Positions 61,986 to 64,000 of a stretch of 64,000 nucleotides of DNA are shown here, in pieces. Where the stretch lies: contig OZ316891.1 in NCBI GenBank assembly GCA_973895155.1, positions 11,223,875 to 11,287,874 on the forward strand, given 5' to 3'. The stretch's first letter is position 1; every line of letters starts with the position of its first letter. The translations under genes and the position numbers were made by a program. The notes beneath the pieces were generated by a model. That model worked only from the letters and a program-made list of their open reading frames with translations. It searched no databases and had not been told where the DNA came from. This stretch comes from Marsupella aquatica. Its lineage: Eukaryota > Plantae > Marchantiophyta.

Positions 61986-63399
61986 TTACCAGCTTCAACT
62001 TCTGCTACTTGCCAAGTCTATTTCGACTTCTCTCTTGCAAGGATTCAAAGGAGTGTTCGACCAAGTTTGAGGGTGTGTCATCAGGTTCAATAACTTTAGT
62101 GTGTGACAAATGTTGGCCGCTGATTTTGTTGGCAGCTCATCTCCCTCCTCAGGTTGGGTTGAAATGAATTGCACTCCTGATACGTACGCTTGAAAGCCCT
62201 AGAAATAAAAACACATATAAGAAATCTCAATGGGTATGGCTACCTTGTTTGGGAGCCTACTGAAGTTACTTAATTTGTCCTATTGAGATTTTGTGTTTGT
62301 GTTTTTGTTTTGAATTATTTTGTAAGATAACCATAAGGAACATAACCATGAAAGGCTTAGTTTACAAGGTTCCTTAGTTTTGGTTACCTTATGTTAATTA
62401 AAGAACATCACCATCAAACCCAAACCCAACCACCCGACATTAGTGGATATCAATGTCATAAACCCGGAGGACGTTGCAAGAATTTTGTTAGTTAATTAAG
62501 TTCATATGAAACCAAATTAAACTGTTCCTGAAGACCTGGACCCACGTATTGGTTATTGGTGAGAGTAAGGACTACCAGAATATATTTTATATAGAAAGCA
62601 GGTGCAACTTTGATTTAATTTTATTTAATAATGAGAGTGGTTATGCTTTTGTTTGATTACACTTTTCTTCTATGTGAAAGTGATGTGTCCTTTGTGACTG
62701 GCCCTTAGAGGAAAAGTAACTGGGAAGTCCAATATGGAAGTAAGAACCCAGTATGTTCTTGGTGGATGATCAACAATCCTGGGTCACGTCAATCCTATGG
62801 TGGAAGAGGTCCAAATTCCATTCACCAATGATGACTACAATAATTTCCCACCGGGATAGAAATTTCCACTTGTACCCAATCTTTATCCTCTGGTTTTAAT
62901 TGAGTTGTAGGGTGAGTAGGGAACTAAAGATGCATATGGTTGGCACAATATGCTTGCAGTGTTATTTTCAGATTAGAAAGGGAACAAATATAATTGACTT
63001 GTTGAGGAAGCACGGGTGGGCAAAGTTTTTATCAAATTTAAGTTTTTGAAAGTATTTAACTAACATTGGGGCACATTTGATTGATTATATTCTGAACTTT
63101 CTTGATATCTCAAGGAAATCATTTTTAGATCATAATTTAATATCTAGAATCAAATCTGAATAAAATAGTTTAACTACTTTAATGAAAAGGTTCAATCACA
63201 TAAAAAAAAGTTCTCGTCCTTCTGAAAATTTTCCAGGGAACCAAAAGAAACTTGTCGCTACTAGGGAAATAGTTTAGGGTTAGCCAAATTTTTTGCTTAG
63301 CGCGCCCTAACCTATTAGCCTTCAATCAATAAATAAAGTGGGTTTATTTATTTGTGGTGTTTGTTGGATTGTTCAGATGACAAGTATAACCACCTTATT

Positions 63400-64000
63400 C
63401 ACTACAACACTACCTACACCTTTTGCGAACTTGAAAGCATCGCAAACAACAAAGGAAATCAAAAAACAAAACTTGCCTTTGCGAAGTATTGCGCATCGCA
63501 ATAGAATCGCAAACTGCGAAGCCCAAAGGTTCGCATCCGGTCTTTCGCAAGACCTTCGCAACGCCTTCGCAACTTGCGACACTAATAGAATCACAAAGGA
63601 CTCACATTTAAGCGACTCCGTGGGTGTCGCGAGAGGCTTGCGATAATAATCAAGCAGTTCAATATTTGCAATCCCAGGAGTTTGGTAATATGTTTGCGAT
63701 ATTAAGTGAATGGTAGTTATGCCATGAAGATCGCTTCGCATTTTTGTGAACTTATGTGGTTTGCATAATGTTTGCGATACCTTCAGTATGGTAAATATGC
63801 GATTTGGGTTGTTCGCATAGGTTTCACAAGATGTCTTGAGGCTAGGGTTTAGATTTAGAGTTTTGAATTATGGTTGGGGTCTTGTTGTCCAACACGGAGA
63901 ATGAGGTCTGAATCAAAATTGCTTTATAGAAAATTGATAGGTACACAAAAATTAGGGTTTCCTAAACCCTAAACCCTAGATGGGTGTCATATGACAAGCT
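63400..64000. mobile_element. Left terminus of a CACTA (EnSpm) element
   Basis: CACTACAACA at 63400 followed by many direct and inverted TTCGCA/TGCGAA subterminal motifs to ~63820; runs off the window. Confidence 0.65.
63953..63979. repeat. Short telomere-like (TTTAGGG/CCCTAAA) tract
   Basis: tagggtttcctaaaccctaaaccctag; a similar tttgggtttagggttt tract at ~7516-7531. Confidence 0.6.

Noticed and set aside
63338-63741. Overlapping ORFs on both strands
   Set aside because: They derive from CACTA subterminal TTCGCA repeats

Overview
Intron-containing, repeat-rich eukaryotic DNA from a land plant. The CLE gene, plastid-type transit peptide and TTTAGGG tracts point to a plant; a non-seed plant such as a liverwort is my inference. 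Three host genes are supported: a CLE peptide precursor (11870-12448 +), an 8-exon metallo-beta-lactamase-fold hydrolase (15037-18278 -) and a fungal-Atg22-like MFS permease (31257-34577 -). The rest is dominated by unusual DNA transposons. (1) A Kolobok-like element with an apparently intact spliced DDE transposase and a convergent KolX-like ORF, interrupted by a probable solo LTR. (2) A 10.7-kb Mutator-like element (43212-53896, 8-bp TSD GCTAACAA) with a GCM/DDE/SWIM transposase and a divergent ParB-N + DNA amino-methyltransferase-fold gene; it carries 16 copies of the palindrome AGCGC-N3-GCGCT, almost all outside the predicted coding exons. (3) An IS3EU-like integrase gene lying beside a TET/JBP-like 2OG-Fe(II) dioxygenase and an EDM2-like PHD-finger gene. 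(4) The left end of a CACTA element. The best candidates for undescribed systems are (2) and (3): transposons that appear to carry their own DNA-modifying or chromatin-reading cargo. All family assignments come from motif recognition by eye; no database search was run.
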